Below are positions 48,139-59,022 of a DNA stretch of 64,000 nucleotides, piece by piece. The position numbers and the translations under genes were made by a program. The DNA is taken from positions 54,904 to 118,903 of the forward strand of contig JAQUQS010000005.1 of assembly GCA_028715965.1 (NCBI GenBank), in the 5' to 3' direction. How positions within the stretch are numbered: position 1 is the first letter of the stretch; each line of letters starts with the position of its first letter. Source of the DNA: Candidatus Omnitrophota bacterium (GTDB lineage: Bacteria; Omnitrophota; Gorgyraeia; Tantalellales; Tantalellaceae). A model generated the notes under the pieces. That model saw nothing but the letters and a program-made list of their open reading frames with translations, was not told the DNA's origin and ran no database searches.

Positions 48139-48544
48139 TGCTCTCGGCCGGCATACCTTCCTCGTATCCGCCCGACTGCTCCTGAACGGTCGTGACAACC
48201 TCCGTCGCGGCCTCCTGGGCCTTTTGCCCGGCAGAGTCGTCGCCCGCGGGCACTTCCGTGGACACCGGCATTACCGTCCGATCCACACGCGCCGTGTCAA
48301 AAAGCGACTTTCCACTACGCGCGGTGACCATACCAAGCGCCAGCGACGTAATGATGAAAAGAATAGCGCACACTTCCGTAGCCTTCTTAAGCATTTCGGG
48401 TGCCTGGGTCCCAAGAATGGACTGTGCCATCTCCCCTCCGCCTAATGCTTCCGTAAGTCCACCGCCGCGTCCCGCCTGCAGCAAGATCGTGGCTATGAGC
48501 ACTATACATACTATAACATGGACAATAACCAGCAGTATGAACAT
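48122..48544 (-). CDS. secG: Preprotein translocase subunit SecG
   Basis: Two TM helices around LLQAGRGGGL and a Gly-rich loop. Confidence 0.8.
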   Translation of the reverse strand: MFILLVIVHVIVCIVLIATILLQAGRGGGLTEALGGGEMAQSILGTQAPEMLKKATEVCAILFIITSLALGMVTARSGKSLFDTARVDRTVMPVSTEVPAGDDSAGQKAQEAATEVVTTVQEQSGGYEEGMPAESNVEVK

Positions 48545-48558
48545 ATCAACCTTTTCCT

Positions 48559-49332
48559 TTATTTTTGAGAATACAGTTTCGATGTGGTCTTTACCATATC
48601 GAGGAAGCTCTCCGCTTTCAGGCTTGCCCCACCTATGAGCCCGCCGTCTATATCCTTTTCCTGCATGAGTTTCTCAACATTATCCGGTTTTACGCTGCCA
48701 CCGTAAAGCACCCGTATGCTGTCCGAAAGAGCCTCGGAATACATCTCGGACAATAAACAGCGTATCATGGCGTGAACTTCCTGTGCCTGTTCCGGAGTCG
48801 CCGTTCTCCCCGTACCGATAGCCCACACGGGCTCGTACGCGATTATCAAAGTATCTATGTAAGCTTCACTGAAACCTTTCAGCCCTCCAGTGACCTGGGT
48901 CCGGACCACTTCCATGGTCTTGCCGGCCTCTCTTTCCTCCAGGGTCTCGCCTACACACATTATCGGGATAAGCCCGCCATCTATGGCGGACTTGACCTTC
49001 AGGTTAACCGTCTCGTCCGTTTCCCCGAAATATTTACGCCTCTCGGAATGCCCGATTATCACGTATTTACATCCGACACTCTTCAGCATATGAACGGACA
49101 CCTCACCGGTGAACGCGCCTTCTTTTTCCCAATAACAATTCTGTCCCCCGACACCTACATTGCTATCACTCAGCATTTCCCCTACTTCTCCCAGGTCAAC
49201 GGAAGGCGGGCAAACCACCATTTCCACATTATCCACGTCGTAGGCCCCTCGCTTTATAGCGTTCGCCAGCTCAACGGCCTCGTTGACATCTTTATACATC
49301 TTCCAGTTACCGGCTATTATCGGTTTGCGCAT
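48559..49332 (-). CDS. tpiA: Triosephosphate isomerase
   Basis: IIAGNWKM.. and catalytic His/Glu regions. Confidence 0.92.
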   Translation of the reverse strand: MRKPIIAGNWKMYKDVNEAVELANAIKRGAYDVDNVEMVVCPPSVDLGEVGEMLSDSNVGVGGQNCYWEKEGAFTGEVSVHMLKSVGCKYVIIGHSERRKYFGETDETVNLKVKSAIDGGLIPIMCVGETLEEREAGKTMEVVRTQVTGGLKGFSEAYIDTLIIAYEPVWAIGTGRTATPEQAQEVHAMIRCLLSEMYSEALSDSIRVLYGGSVKPDNVEKLMQEKDIDGGLIGGASLKAESFLDMVKTTSKLYSQK

Positions 49333-49377
49333 GTCCTTCCTTTCACTTTTAGAGAATATTCCCTTATCCTACGGGGA

Positions 49378-50556
49378 TCACTTGTCCTGGAGTACCGCTA
49401 TCCCCGGCAATTCCTTGCCTTCAAGATACTCCAGAGAGGCGCCTCCGCCGGTCGACATATGCGACATCTTATTCCCCAGCTTGAGGGCGTTCACGGCCGC
49501 GGCGGTATCCCCGCCCCCGATAACGGTGGTCGCGTCCAAGCCGGCGATGAATGTCGCCAGTTCTTTCGTCCCCTTCATGAAGGGTTTCATCTCAAAGAGC
49601 CCCATAGGCCCGTTCCATACTATGGTCTTTGAATCCTTAAGCACGGATTTATACTTCTTGATGGTATCAGGCCCTATGTCCAAGCCTATCCACCCATCCG
49701 GGATATGTTCCTTTACGGTCTTCCTTTTCGCCGTCTCGCTCACTTCCTGCGCGACCACATGGTCCTGGGGCAGGAAGATGCTCACCTTTTTCTGGCTGGC
49801 TTTCTCGAATATCTTGTTCACGGTATCGACCATGTCGTTCTCCACCCTTGAGGCCCCGATCCCCTTAAGTCTTGATCTGAGGAATGTATAGGCCATAGCC
49901 CCACCGATAAGCAGGTATTCAACCTTATCAAGCATGTTCTCGATGACCGGGATCTTATCCGCCACTTTCGCCCCGCCAAGTATCAGGCAGAAAGGCTTCT
50001 CCGGATGTTTGGTGACCTTTTCGAAATATTCTATCTCTTTCTGTACGAGGAAACCCGCCACCGCCGGAAGAAATTCAGCTACACCCGCGGTTGACGAATG
50101 TGCCCTATGACACGTGCCAAAAGCGTCATTAACGAACACATCCCCCAGGGAAGCCAGTTGCTTTGAGAATTCCGGGTCGTTCTTGGTCTCCTCTTTATGG
50201 AACCTCAGGTTCTCCAGGAGGACAACATCCCCTTCATTCATGGCATTGACCGTCCTAAGAACCTCGTCCCCGACACAATCGTTCAGTTTTTTCACCGTCT
50301 TGCCGAGAAGCTCGGACAATCTGGCGGCAACCGGGTCAAGAGAGAATTCCGGTTTGACCTCGCCCTTAGGTCTGCCGAGATGGCTCATAAGCACCAGTTT
50401 ACCGCCTTCTTTCAGGATGTACTCGATCGAAGGCATGGCAGCCTTTATCCTGCTGTCATCGGTTATGTTCCTCTTGTCATCCAAGGGAACATTGAAATCG
50501 GCACGCATAAGAACCCTTTTACCCTTTATCTCGACATCCGTGAGCGTCTTTTTCAT
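49378..50556 (-). CDS. pgk: Phosphoglycerate kinase
   Basis: MKKTLTDVEIKGKRVLMRADFNVP.. Start at the internal Met12, which has a GGAGG RBS. Confidence 0.92.
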   Translation of the reverse strand: MKKTLTDVEIKGKRVLMRADFNVPLDDKRNITDDSRIKAAMPSIEYILKEGGKLVLMSHLGRPKGEVKPEFSLDPVAARLSELLGKTVKKLNDCVGDEVLRTVNAMNEGDVVLLENLRFHKEETKNDPEFSKQLASLGDVFVNDAFGTCHRAHSSTAGVAEFLPAVAGFLVQKEIEYFEKVTKHPEKPFCLILGGAKVADKIPVIENMLDKVEYLLIGGAMAYTFLRSRLKGIGASRVENDMVDTVNKIFEKASQKKVSIFLPQDHVVAQEVSETAKRKTVKEHIPDGWIGLDIGPDTIKKYKSVLKDSKTIVWNGPMGLFEMKPFMKGTKELATFIAGLDATTVIGGGDTAAAVNALKLGNKMSHMSTGGGASLEYLEGKELPGIAVLQDK

Positions 50557-50575
50557 TACATACCTCCATATGTTA

Positions 50576-50614
50576 TTGAGGACGGGCACCTCCCACCGGA
50601 AGGTCCGTCCTCAA
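50576..50614 (-). other. Long intercistronic hairpin between gap and pgk
   Basis: TTGAGGACGG..ACCTCC-cacc-GGAAGGT..CCGTCCTCAA forms an outer perfect 10-bp stem plus an inner 6/7-bp stem. It sits directly 5' of the pgk RBS on the mRNA. Confidence 0.65.
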
Positions 50615-50644
50615 TATATCCCGAAGAACTAACAATCAGCAATA

Positions 50645-51682
<1,038 letters not shown>

Positions 51683-51689
51683 TTAATTT

Positions 51690-51718
51690 TGAATGGGTAT
51701 TATATCCTCTTATCGCTA
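51690..51718 (-). promoter_or_regulatory. Sigma70-like promoter for the gap-pgk-tpiA-secG operon (TTGAAG-17-TATAAT)
   Basis: Minus strand reads TTGAAGAAATAGCGATAAGAGGATATAAT. The -35 is plus 51713-51718 and the -10 is plus 51690-51695. Confidence 0.55.
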
Positions 51719-51768
51719 TTTCTTCAACATCTTTTTGGCGTGATCCGGGAAAAAGTGCCCCCTCCCGA

Positions 51769-53103
51769 TCAGGCAGGAGGTTCTTCGGCGGAAAGACCCG
51801 GACCAACCCCCCGCAGAGATAGAAAAACGAAAAGGACCCACATTACAAGGACCGACATCGCGCCGGACCCCAGGCTCTTCATAAATCGGTCTGCTTGCAG
51901 AGCATAGAGCAGAAAGGCTATAATAAATACGATATCGGCAACACGTTCTACCTTTTCCGGCATCTTACCCCGGACGGTGTTGAATGCCAACACGGGAAAT
52001 ACCATCGAGGCCAGGAGATGCGTCTGCACCACAGGAAAAAGCAATATCATGCATAAAAGCATGACAGCATACTCAACCGATGTGCTTTCCCTGCTGGAAC
52101 GCTTCCTGCCCATCACGACCGCGCTGAAAGATACCAGCAGGATCATCAGTGATATGAACTTTGTAGCGACCTCGACCTGATAAGGTGGAAGCTTGACCGG
52201 GAACGGTATCTTATGCTTTATGTTGTTCCCCACCCATTCATCTATATCCTCTATATCGGCTTTCGGGTCGTAATAATAATCGGTAAGATACCGGGCCAAC
52301 ACGGCCGAAAGCGACTGGTTGCTCAGCTTGCACAATGACTCGAAATGCGTATAATTATCTTCCAGTCTTTTCGCGGGTGGCCTCGCGTATGGGGCCATTT
52401 TCATCCGGGCCCAGTCCCCCATCTCCGAGCGGAACCTGTCCACCCCCATGCAAGCGACAGGGACCGCGAACACAAAGAGAAAAATACCGATAAGCGCGCC
52501 GGCTATTATCCTTACCTTCCCCTTGAACGTAAAATACAGCAGGAGGAACAATGGATATATCTTTATCACGCCGGCAGCGGCGATGATGATGCCCGCCCAG
52601 AGATCCCGGTGTTTTTCATGCGCGTAAAGGGAAAGCACTATCAGGAAATATATCATGAAATCCACCTGTGCCAGGGATATGTTATCCAAAAGCGCGCTGA
52701 ATATGAACAGAACGGATATTATGTTCAGGATAAGGCTCCGGCGCGAAAAAATACCTCGCCAGTCGAACGTACCGGAGACCAGACGTACGGTAATAAGAAA
52801 AGACATAATAAAAAATGAAAGACCCAGTAGATACCAGACCAGTGACGCGACCCTTAAGGATAAAAGCGTAAGCGGCGATACCAGTATGGCGAACAGCGGC
52901 AGGTAAAGATACGGGGAAACGGTAGTGCTGAACACCTCAGCCCTGTAGACAGTAACGCCTTCGCGCATAAATTTGCCGGCGGTATAATATGTATCCAGGT
53001 CATTAGACCCGGATACGGTCCTCATATCGTGATATACGCCAAACCCCACCAATACGCATACCACCAGCACCACAAATACTTTTTTAGTGATCCTTACTTT
53101 CAC
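51769..53103 (-). CDS. Polytopic membrane protein, DUF2029/GT87-like (GT-C fold glycosyltransferase candidate)
   Basis: 444 aa with about 11 TM helices. An N-terminal loop after TM1 carries a conserved Y..AG motif. Family-level call only. Confidence 0.45.
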   Translation of the reverse strand: MKVRITKKVFVVLVVCVLVGFGVYHDMRTVSGSNDLDTYYTAGKFMREGVTVYRAEVFSTTVSPYLYLPLFAILVSPLTLLSLRVASLVWYLLGLSFFIMSFLITVRLVSGTFDWRGIFSRRSLILNIISVLFIFSALLDNISLAQVDFMIYFLIVLSLYAHEKHRDLWAGIIIAAAGVIKIYPLFLLLYFTFKGKVRIIAGALIGIFLFVFAVPVACMGVDRFRSEMGDWARMKMAPYARPPAKRLEDNYTHFESLCKLSNQSLSAVLARYLTDYYYDPKADIEDIDEWVGNNIKHKIPFPVKLPPYQVEVATKFISLMILLVSFSAVVMGRKRSSRESTSVEYAVMLLCMILLFPVVQTHLLASMVFPVLAFNTVRGKMPEKVERVADIVFIIAFLLYALQADRFMKSLGSGAMSVLVMWVLFVFLSLRGVGPGLSAEEPPA

Positions 53104-54038
53104 TTTTTCCCGCCTAATATCACGTCTTCGGCGTCCCGCAACCCACGCATGAACGATACCGCGTCCATGGGCTTTTTGCCCTCCAGCTGGACACTGCCTA
53201 TCCTCACTCCACCCTGGGACGTGTTAACGATGAGCTCGTCCCCGACTATAAGCTTCCCTGCCGGACCGGGAGGCATATCACCACACTCCCGGGCCTCGAG
53301 TATTTTAAGGGTCCTTCCATTCATATATGTATACGTGCCGGGCCACGGGTAGAAAGCCCTTACCATGCGGCAGATCTCTTCGGCGCTCCTGGTCCAGTCT
53401 ATTTCGCCATCCGCCCTTTTCAACCTGGGGGCGTATGTTACTTTTGCGTCGTCCTGCGGGGACATCTGTTCGGTCCCCGCGGCTATCTTGTCCAGGGCAC
53501 TGACAAGAAGCTCCGCCCCGCTCGTAGAAAGTCGCGTCAAAAGCTCCCCGGCGTTCTCTCCCGGCCGTATCTCCAAGCATGACTGCAGAATGATATCCCC
53601 GGCATCCATGCGCTCGTTCATACGGATAACGGTATTACCGGATATGGGGTCTCCTTTTAATATGGTATAGTTCACAGGCGAGGCTCCCCTGTGCCTCGGG
53701 AGGAGCGAAGGATGCAGATTAACGCAATATTTACCAGGAAGGGACAGAATACCGCTTGTGAGTATCTGCCCGTAATCGACCACGACGAAAACATCCGCCT
53801 CCAGGGTCCTCAGGGTATCAATAAACGCGGGGTCTGACACTTTTTCCGGCTGGAACACGTCCATACCAGGCAATATCTTACCGGCCACAGCCTTGACCGG
53901 TGACGGTTCCATGTTCCATCCCCGGCCCTTTTTTTTATCCGGTTGCGTAACAACGGCCACCAGCTCATGGGAGGTCGTAACTATCCTTTTAAGCGAAACT
54001 ATACTATAACTTCCGGTACCGAAGAATATTATCTTCAT
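53100..54038 (-). CDS. fmt: Methionyl-tRNA formyltransferase
   Basis: MKIIFFGTG.., HPSLLPRHRGASP (SLLP motif) and a C-terminal OB domain. Start at Met15 of the track ORF. Confidence 0.9.
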   Translation of the reverse strand: MKIIFFGTGSYSIVSLKRIVTTSHELVAVVTQPDKKKGRGWNMEPSPVKAVAGKILPGMDVFQPEKVSDPAFIDTLRTLEADVFVVVDYGQILTSGILSLPGKYCVNLHPSLLPRHRGASPVNYTILKGDPISGNTVIRMNERMDAGDIILQSCLEIRPGENAGELLTRLSTSGAELLVSALDKIAAGTEQMSPQDDAKVTYAPRLKRADGEIDWTRSAEEICRMVRAFYPWPGTYTYMNGRTLKILEARECGDMPPGPAGKLIVGDELIVNTSQGGVRIGSVQLEGKKPMDAVSFMRGLRDAEDVILGGKK

Positions 54039-54039
54039 A

Positions 54040-55125
54040 TCACGCTTCCTTTTTCGGGGTGAACGCCGTGAGCAGACCATCCACCGACGAGATCACCTCT
54101 TCCACACTTATGCTGTCCATACATGGCACCGGGTTCTTTCCCGAGCATAACCGCCGCATATCCTCGTCAAATCCCTCATTATCATGGCATGGACCACAAT
54201 CATGGCCCTTTCTTATCATATTATAGACCCCGGGGCCTATGGGACCCGTAAACAACGGATTGGACGGACCGAAAAGGACCGTCAGGGGAACGCCAAGCGC
54301 TCTCGCGAAATGCGCCACTCCCGTGTCCGCGCACAGAACACCGCAAGAGCTCCCGATCATGGCTATGACCTCAAAGATCGGCCGGCCTACGGCTTTGCCG
54401 ACCATTTCCCGCCTAAGACACATCTTTACCATCTTGTCTATCTCATCCCTTTCGTTCTCCCGGCCTGTGATCACCACCTTACGCCCTACGGAGGTCAGAT
54501 GGTCAATAACAGACACATACCTGTCGTGCGCCCATCCACGGTACGGCAAGAACTCCGTACATCCCGGATGTATGATAAAATATTCCCCGGGCTGGGTATC
54601 ATACGCCCCCAATATACCCGACAGGCGTGACCGTACCTCCTCAGGCACAAAAAGGTCCATCTTGTGGTCCTCTTCGGTGATCCCGCAACCTAAGGCCTTT
54701 TCGACAAGACGCAGGTTGTTCTCTATAAGATGCCTGCCCGTATCTTTTTTTATGCCGTCGTACAGGACCTCATCGAACACATGCCCGAGAAAACCGTATT
54801 TTCTGGAAGACTTACCCGCTATACCTACGACAAATGACCTGTGTTCCTTGTTCGTATCCAGCATAAAACAACGCGTATACGGCCTTCCCGCCAGTGAGCG
54901 GGCAAGGATCGGCCGCCTGAACCACTTTTCGATCTTATGGAATTTCCTGTATTCACATATTTCATTCACATACGGGTTACCGTTAAGAACGAACATAGAC
55001 CCGGTGATGGTAAGCACATCTATGACAACCCCGGGGATAACGTTCTTGATCTTACGTATCATTGGCGTCACCATAAGGACGTCACCTATATTACCAATCT
55101 TTGTCACAAGTACTCGTTCAGCCAT
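54040..55125 (-). CDS. Glycosyltransferase family 9 (LPS heptosyltransferase-like)
   Basis: GT9 GT-B fold with a MAERVLVTKIGNIGDVLM.. N-terminus and a C-terminal ..CADTGVAH.. donor-binding region. Confidence 0.8.
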   Translation of the reverse strand: MAERVLVTKIGNIGDVLMVTPMIRKIKNVIPGVVIDVLTITGSMFVLNGNPYVNEICEYRKFHKIEKWFRRPILARSLAGRPYTRCFMLDTNKEHRSFVVGIAGKSSRKYGFLGHVFDEVLYDGIKKDTGRHLIENNLRLVEKALGCGITEEDHKMDLFVPEEVRSRLSGILGAYDTQPGEYFIIHPGCTEFLPYRGWAHDRYVSVIDHLTSVGRKVVITGRENERDEIDKMVKMCLRREMVGKAVGRPIFEVIAMIGSSCGVLCADTGVAHFARALGVPLTVLFGPSNPLFTGPIGPGVYNMIRKGHDCGPCHDNEGFDEDMRRLCSGKNPVPCMDSISVEEVISSVDGLLTAFTPKKEA

Positions 55126-55153
55126 ATCCCGTTCTTCTCCCGATACGCGTTCT

Positions 55154-57208
55154 TTACAATGACATGGGATCGATATCAACGCTTACGATCACATCCGTCT
55201 TTTTTCTCGTACCCGCGAACACTTCCCTCAATTTTCGCGTAAGGTCCTCCCTGCTCTCCCCACGCAAAAGAATATTCCACCTGTAATAGCCCCTGAGCTT
55301 CAGCATAGGCGCCGGAGCGGGCCCCAGCATATCAACATCCGGCATCTTACGCCTTATCATGCAGCTTATGTCTCCCGCGGCTTTTTCGGCTTTTTCCTCT
55401 TTCCGGGCCCTTACCATGATCTTGGCGATATGTACTACCGGCGGCAGCATAAGCTCCCGCCTAGACTCCATTTCCCGCGCGTAGAAACCATGGTAATCAT
55501 GTTTAGCCGAGAAAGCTATCGCGTAATGCTCGGGCGTGAACGTCTGCACTACGACCTCACCCCCCATGTCGCCTCTGCCCGCGCGGCCAGCCACCTGGGT
55601 AATAAGATCGAACGTCCTTTCTCCCGACCTGAAATCCGGGAGATTAAGGTTAGCGTCGGCGGACACAACTCCTACCATGGTCACCTTGGGGAAATCCAGC
55701 CCCTTGGCGATCATCTGCGTCCCGACTATAACGTCGATCTTGTGTTCCTTGAAATCACCAAGAAGCCTGTCATGTGCTCCTCTTTTGGCCATCGTATCGC
55801 TATCCATACGCGCTATCCGCGCCTCCGGTATTATCCTGCGCAGCTCCTTTTCGACCTTTTGCGTACCGGTACCCTTGTAAGAAAGCTCATCCTTCCCGCA
55901 GGAAGGACATTTAGTCGGCGGCACTATGCGGGTATTGCAATAATGACATATCAGCTCACCCTTTTCCGCGTGGTACACCATAGGGGAATCGCACTTTCTG
56001 CATTTTACGGATCCTCCACAACCGGGACACAGCACAAAAGTAGAAAAACCCCTTCTATTAAGGAATATAAGCGCCTGCTTCCTGTCATGTACGTCTTTCT
56101 GCAGGACGTCCGACATCACCTTTGATATCACCGTCTTCCCCACACGCGTATCGAAATCCATCCTCATATCCACTATCTTTATGCGAGGGAGCTCCTGCTC
56201 TTTTATGCGCTGGGTAAGCTCAACAAGCTTGCATTTCCCGTTCATCGCCATATAGTACGATTCCAGCGACGGAGTAGCGCTGCCCAATATGACCGGGGCC
56301 CCTGAAAGCCGGCCTCTCTCTATCGCGACATCCCTGGCATGATACCTGGGAGCGTCCTCCTGTTTATAGCTGGGTTCATGTTCCTCATCCACGATGAAAA
56401 GTCCCGGGTCTTTTATGGGGCTGAAAATAGCGGAACGTGGGCCCACCACTACTCTCGCCTCTCCTTTTTTTATTCTCTCCCATTCCTCGAAACGCGCGCT
56501 TTCAAGCATGCGGGAGTGGAGGACCGCCACTTTGTCCCCGAACCTGGAAACGAAACGTTCTACCGTCTGAGGAGTAAGTGATATCTCCGGGACGAGCATG
56601 ACCCCGCTCTTTCCCATCGACAATACATCCTCCATAGCCTGAAGATATATTTCGGTCTTGCCGCTTCCCGTGATACCATGCAGGAGGAACACCTCGTGGG
56701 CCCCTTTAGCCAGGCACTTCCTTATTTCCCGAAGCACACTGGCCTGTTCAGTATTCGGCGTGTGGGGCCGGGAGGACGCCACATCCCGTGGTTCCTCTTT
56801 TATCCGTGAACGCATGGTCATCTTGCCGCGCCTTATCGTGCCCGGCAGCATAGCCTCTATGGCTTCGCCCATGGAACAAAAATAATTATCCCTTATCCAT
56901 CCCGCGAGCGCTATAAGTTCGCGGGACAACACGGGCTGTTCGTCTATCACATCGATCACCTCCCGAGGTGATTCCACCTGCGGGGCATCTTCCAACGCTA
57001 CGATATATCCCGTCTTCTGGTAGTTCCGGAACGGCACCTTCACCCTTTTGCCTAATTCCGGCGGAAAACTTTCTTTCCCGGTGATCTTGTATTGGAACGT
57101 CCGATCCAACGGAAGCTTTATTACGACCTCAACATATCCTGGCATGGGCATTTTTCTTCCTGGCACATAATAACGGTACGGATCACTTTTTCTGGTCTGG
57201 AACGACAA
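55154..57208 (-). CDS. priA: Primosomal protein N' (PriA helicase)
   Basis: N-terminal 3'BD, DEAD/DEAH helicase core (GSGKTEIY) and a Cys-rich Zn-binding insert (CPGCGG..CRKC..CHYC..CPSCG). The true start is probably the internal Met (MPGYVEVV, about 57145). Confidence 0.9.
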   Translation of the reverse strand: MSFQTRKSDPYRYYVPGRKMPMPGYVEVVIKLPLDRTFQYKITGKESFPPELGKRVKVPFRNYQKTGYIVALEDAPQVESPREVIDVIDEQPVLSRELIALAGWIRDNYFCSMGEAIEAMLPGTIRRGKMTMRSRIKEEPRDVASSRPHTPNTEQASVLREIRKCLAKGAHEVFLLHGITGSGKTEIYLQAMEDVLSMGKSGVMLVPEISLTPQTVERFVSRFGDKVAVLHSRMLESARFEEWERIKKGEARVVVGPRSAIFSPIKDPGLFIVDEEHEPSYKQEDAPRYHARDVAIERGRLSGAPVILGSATPSLESYYMAMNGKCKLVELTQRIKEQELPRIKIVDMRMDFDTRVGKTVISKVMSDVLQKDVHDRKQALIFLNRRGFSTFVLCPGCGGSVKCRKCDSPMVYHAEKGELICHYCNTRIVPPTKCPSCGKDELSYKGTGTQKVEKELRRIIPEARIARMDSDTMAKRGAHDRLLGDFKEHKIDVIVGTQMIAKGLDFPKVTMVGVVSADANLNLPDFRSGERTFDLITQVAGRAGRGDMGGEVVVQTFTPEHYAIAFSAKHDYHGFYAREMESRRELMLPPVVHIAKIMVRARKEEKAEKAAGDISCMIRRKMPDVDMLGPAPAPMLKLRGYYRWNILLRGESREDLTRKLREVFAGTRKKTDVIVSVDIDPMSL

Positions 57209-57863
57209 GCCCCAGTTCTTTAGCGATCATTTTCATGTCTTCCCATACGTCCTTTTTTCCATGGGAATTGCGCAATAAATACGCCGGATGGTAGGTAGGC
57301 ATAAGTTTTATACCTTTATAATAGTAGAACTTGCCCCTTAACTTGCTTATGGGCATATCAGTATTCAACAACGTCTGCGCCGAGAACTTTCCCAAAGCAC
57401 ATATGACCCGGGGCTTTATGATCTGTATCTGTTTCACCAGATAAGGGCTGCAGGTAGCGATCTCCGTGGGCATGGGGTTCCTGTTCCCGGGCGGCCGGCA
57501 TTTCAATATGTTGGCTATATAAACATCCTCTCTTTTCAGCCCTATGGATCCTATTATCTTAGTTAGGAGTTGTCCGGCGCGCCCTACGAAAGGCCGGCCC
57601 TGTTCATCCTCATCGGCGCCGGGCGCCTCACCTATGAACATCAATTCCGCCGTTTCCGATCCTTCGCCGAACACGGTATTCCTACGCATGGCTTCCAGAT
57701 GACATTTTACGCATGATGCGACCTTTTCAGTAAGGCCGTTCAACCCGATAACCTCTTTTTCAAGCCCAATGGACAATAATTCATTCACGCCGGCCAGGCT
57801 CTCGGCTTCGATACGCTGCTCAATACCGTTCAAGAGCTCGTCTATGCCTTTCTTTTTAGCCAT
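57183..57863 (-). CDS. Uracil-DNA glycosylase, family 4
   Basis: GEAPGADE motif, Fe-S Cys ligands and ..HPAYLLRN. Confidence 0.85.
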   Translation of the reverse strand: MAKKKGIDELLNGIEQRIEAESLAGVNELLSIGLEKEVIGLNGLTEKVASCVKCHLEAMRRNTVFGEGSETAELMFIGEAPGADEDEQGRPFVGRAGQLLTKIIGSIGLKREDVYIANILKCRPPGNRNPMPTEIATCSPYLVKQIQIIKPRVICALGKFSAQTLLNTDMPISKLRGKFYYYKGIKLMPTYHPAYLLRNSHGKKDVWEDMKMIAKELGLVVPDQKK

Positions 57864-59022
57864 TATCCGATCCTCCTTTATTATAAGGGCTTTCCTTCCC
57901 CCAGCTCAGTACGATATCAGCTATCTTTTTCGCGGCGTTCGGACGCCTTAACGACTCCAGCGCCGCTTTATGCGCGTCGTAGACATCCATGGAAAGCAAC
58001 ATCCTGTTCGCCAGCTCCGGGATATCTTTTATCCTATGGGCCTTTTCCGCCGCGCCTCCCGAGACCAGGAACGCCTCGTTCCATGTCTCCTGCCCCGGGA
58101 TCGACCCGAAAAGTATCATCGGAAGTCTCGAATTGAGCGCTTCCGTGACACTTATCCCCCCAGCCTTGGTTATCATTATATCCGACACGGCCATGAGTTC
58201 AGCCACTTTGTCCGTGAACCCGAAAAGTTTAAGAGGATATTGCAGGCTGTGTCTTATCCTGTTTATGTTATCAAAGGCCGCTTTATTATGCCCACATACC
58301 GCTATTACCTGGATATCGGCCTTGCACCGATTAAGTTCCATAAGCATTTCGACCATAGGCCCCACGCCAAAACCCCCGCTCATGAGGAATATGGTCCTGC
58401 GTTCCTGGTCAAGCCCGCTATCCGCGCTTATGGCGGCTTTGTCAAGATCCCGGTCGAACACACCTTCTGTCGGTATCCCGGTAGAGAATATCCGGGCCCT
58501 GTCCACACCGCGTTTGACCATCTCCTCTCCCGCGGAGACCGCCCCCACGAAAAACACGTCTATATCCGGGGATAACCAATAACTATGCGGGCCGTAATCC
58601 GTTACCACCACGAACATCTGGCTGTTCAGCCCGGACTTGCGCAAAAGACCGGCTATGCTGGGAAGGAGAAAATGTGTGGAAACTATCACATCGGGATCTT
58701 TCTTCTTGAGCGCGGAAGCGAGACCCGGAAGGCTTTTGTAATCAAGCATGTTCCTGAGTTTTTTCGTTATAAGGTCAACGAACGGCAAGTTGGAGAAATA
58801 GTACAATATGCCCCACAGCCATTTAGCCCGGGACATCATAAAAACATACGCGTCAAGATAAAGGAACCTGTACAGCTTGTTGGCATAGTCGTTAACGTCT
58901 ATCAGATCGATATTTTCCGTCGGTATCCTTTCCTTGAAGGCGTCCACAAGAGCAAGCGCCGCCTTCTTGTGCCCCAGTCCCGCGGTCGAATAAAGAACGA
59001 CTATTTTTTTATTCTGTCCCAT
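57856..59022 (-). CDS. GT28 family glycosyltransferase (MGDG synthase / diacylglycerol glycosyltransferase-like)
   Basis: MGDG_synth N-domain (VLYSTAGLGHKKAALAL) plus a GT28 C-terminal domain. Confidence 0.75.
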   Translation of the reverse strand: MGQNKKIVVLYSTAGLGHKKAALALVDAFKERIPTENIDLIDVNDYANKLYRFLYLDAYVFMMSRAKWLWGILYYFSNLPFVDLITKKLRNMLDYKSLPGLASALKKKDPDVIVSTHFLLPSIAGLLRKSGLNSQMFVVVTDYGPHSYWLSPDIDVFFVGAVSAGEEMVKRGVDRARIFSTGIPTEGVFDRDLDKAAISADSGLDQERRTIFLMSGGFGVGPMVEMLMELNRCKADIQVIAVCGHNKAAFDNINRIRHSLQYPLKLFGFTDKVAELMAVSDIMITKAGGISVTEALNSRLPMILFGSIPGQETWNEAFLVSGGAAEKAHRIKDIPELANRMLLSMDVYDAHKAALESLRRPNAAKKIADIVLSWGKESPYNKGGSDNG

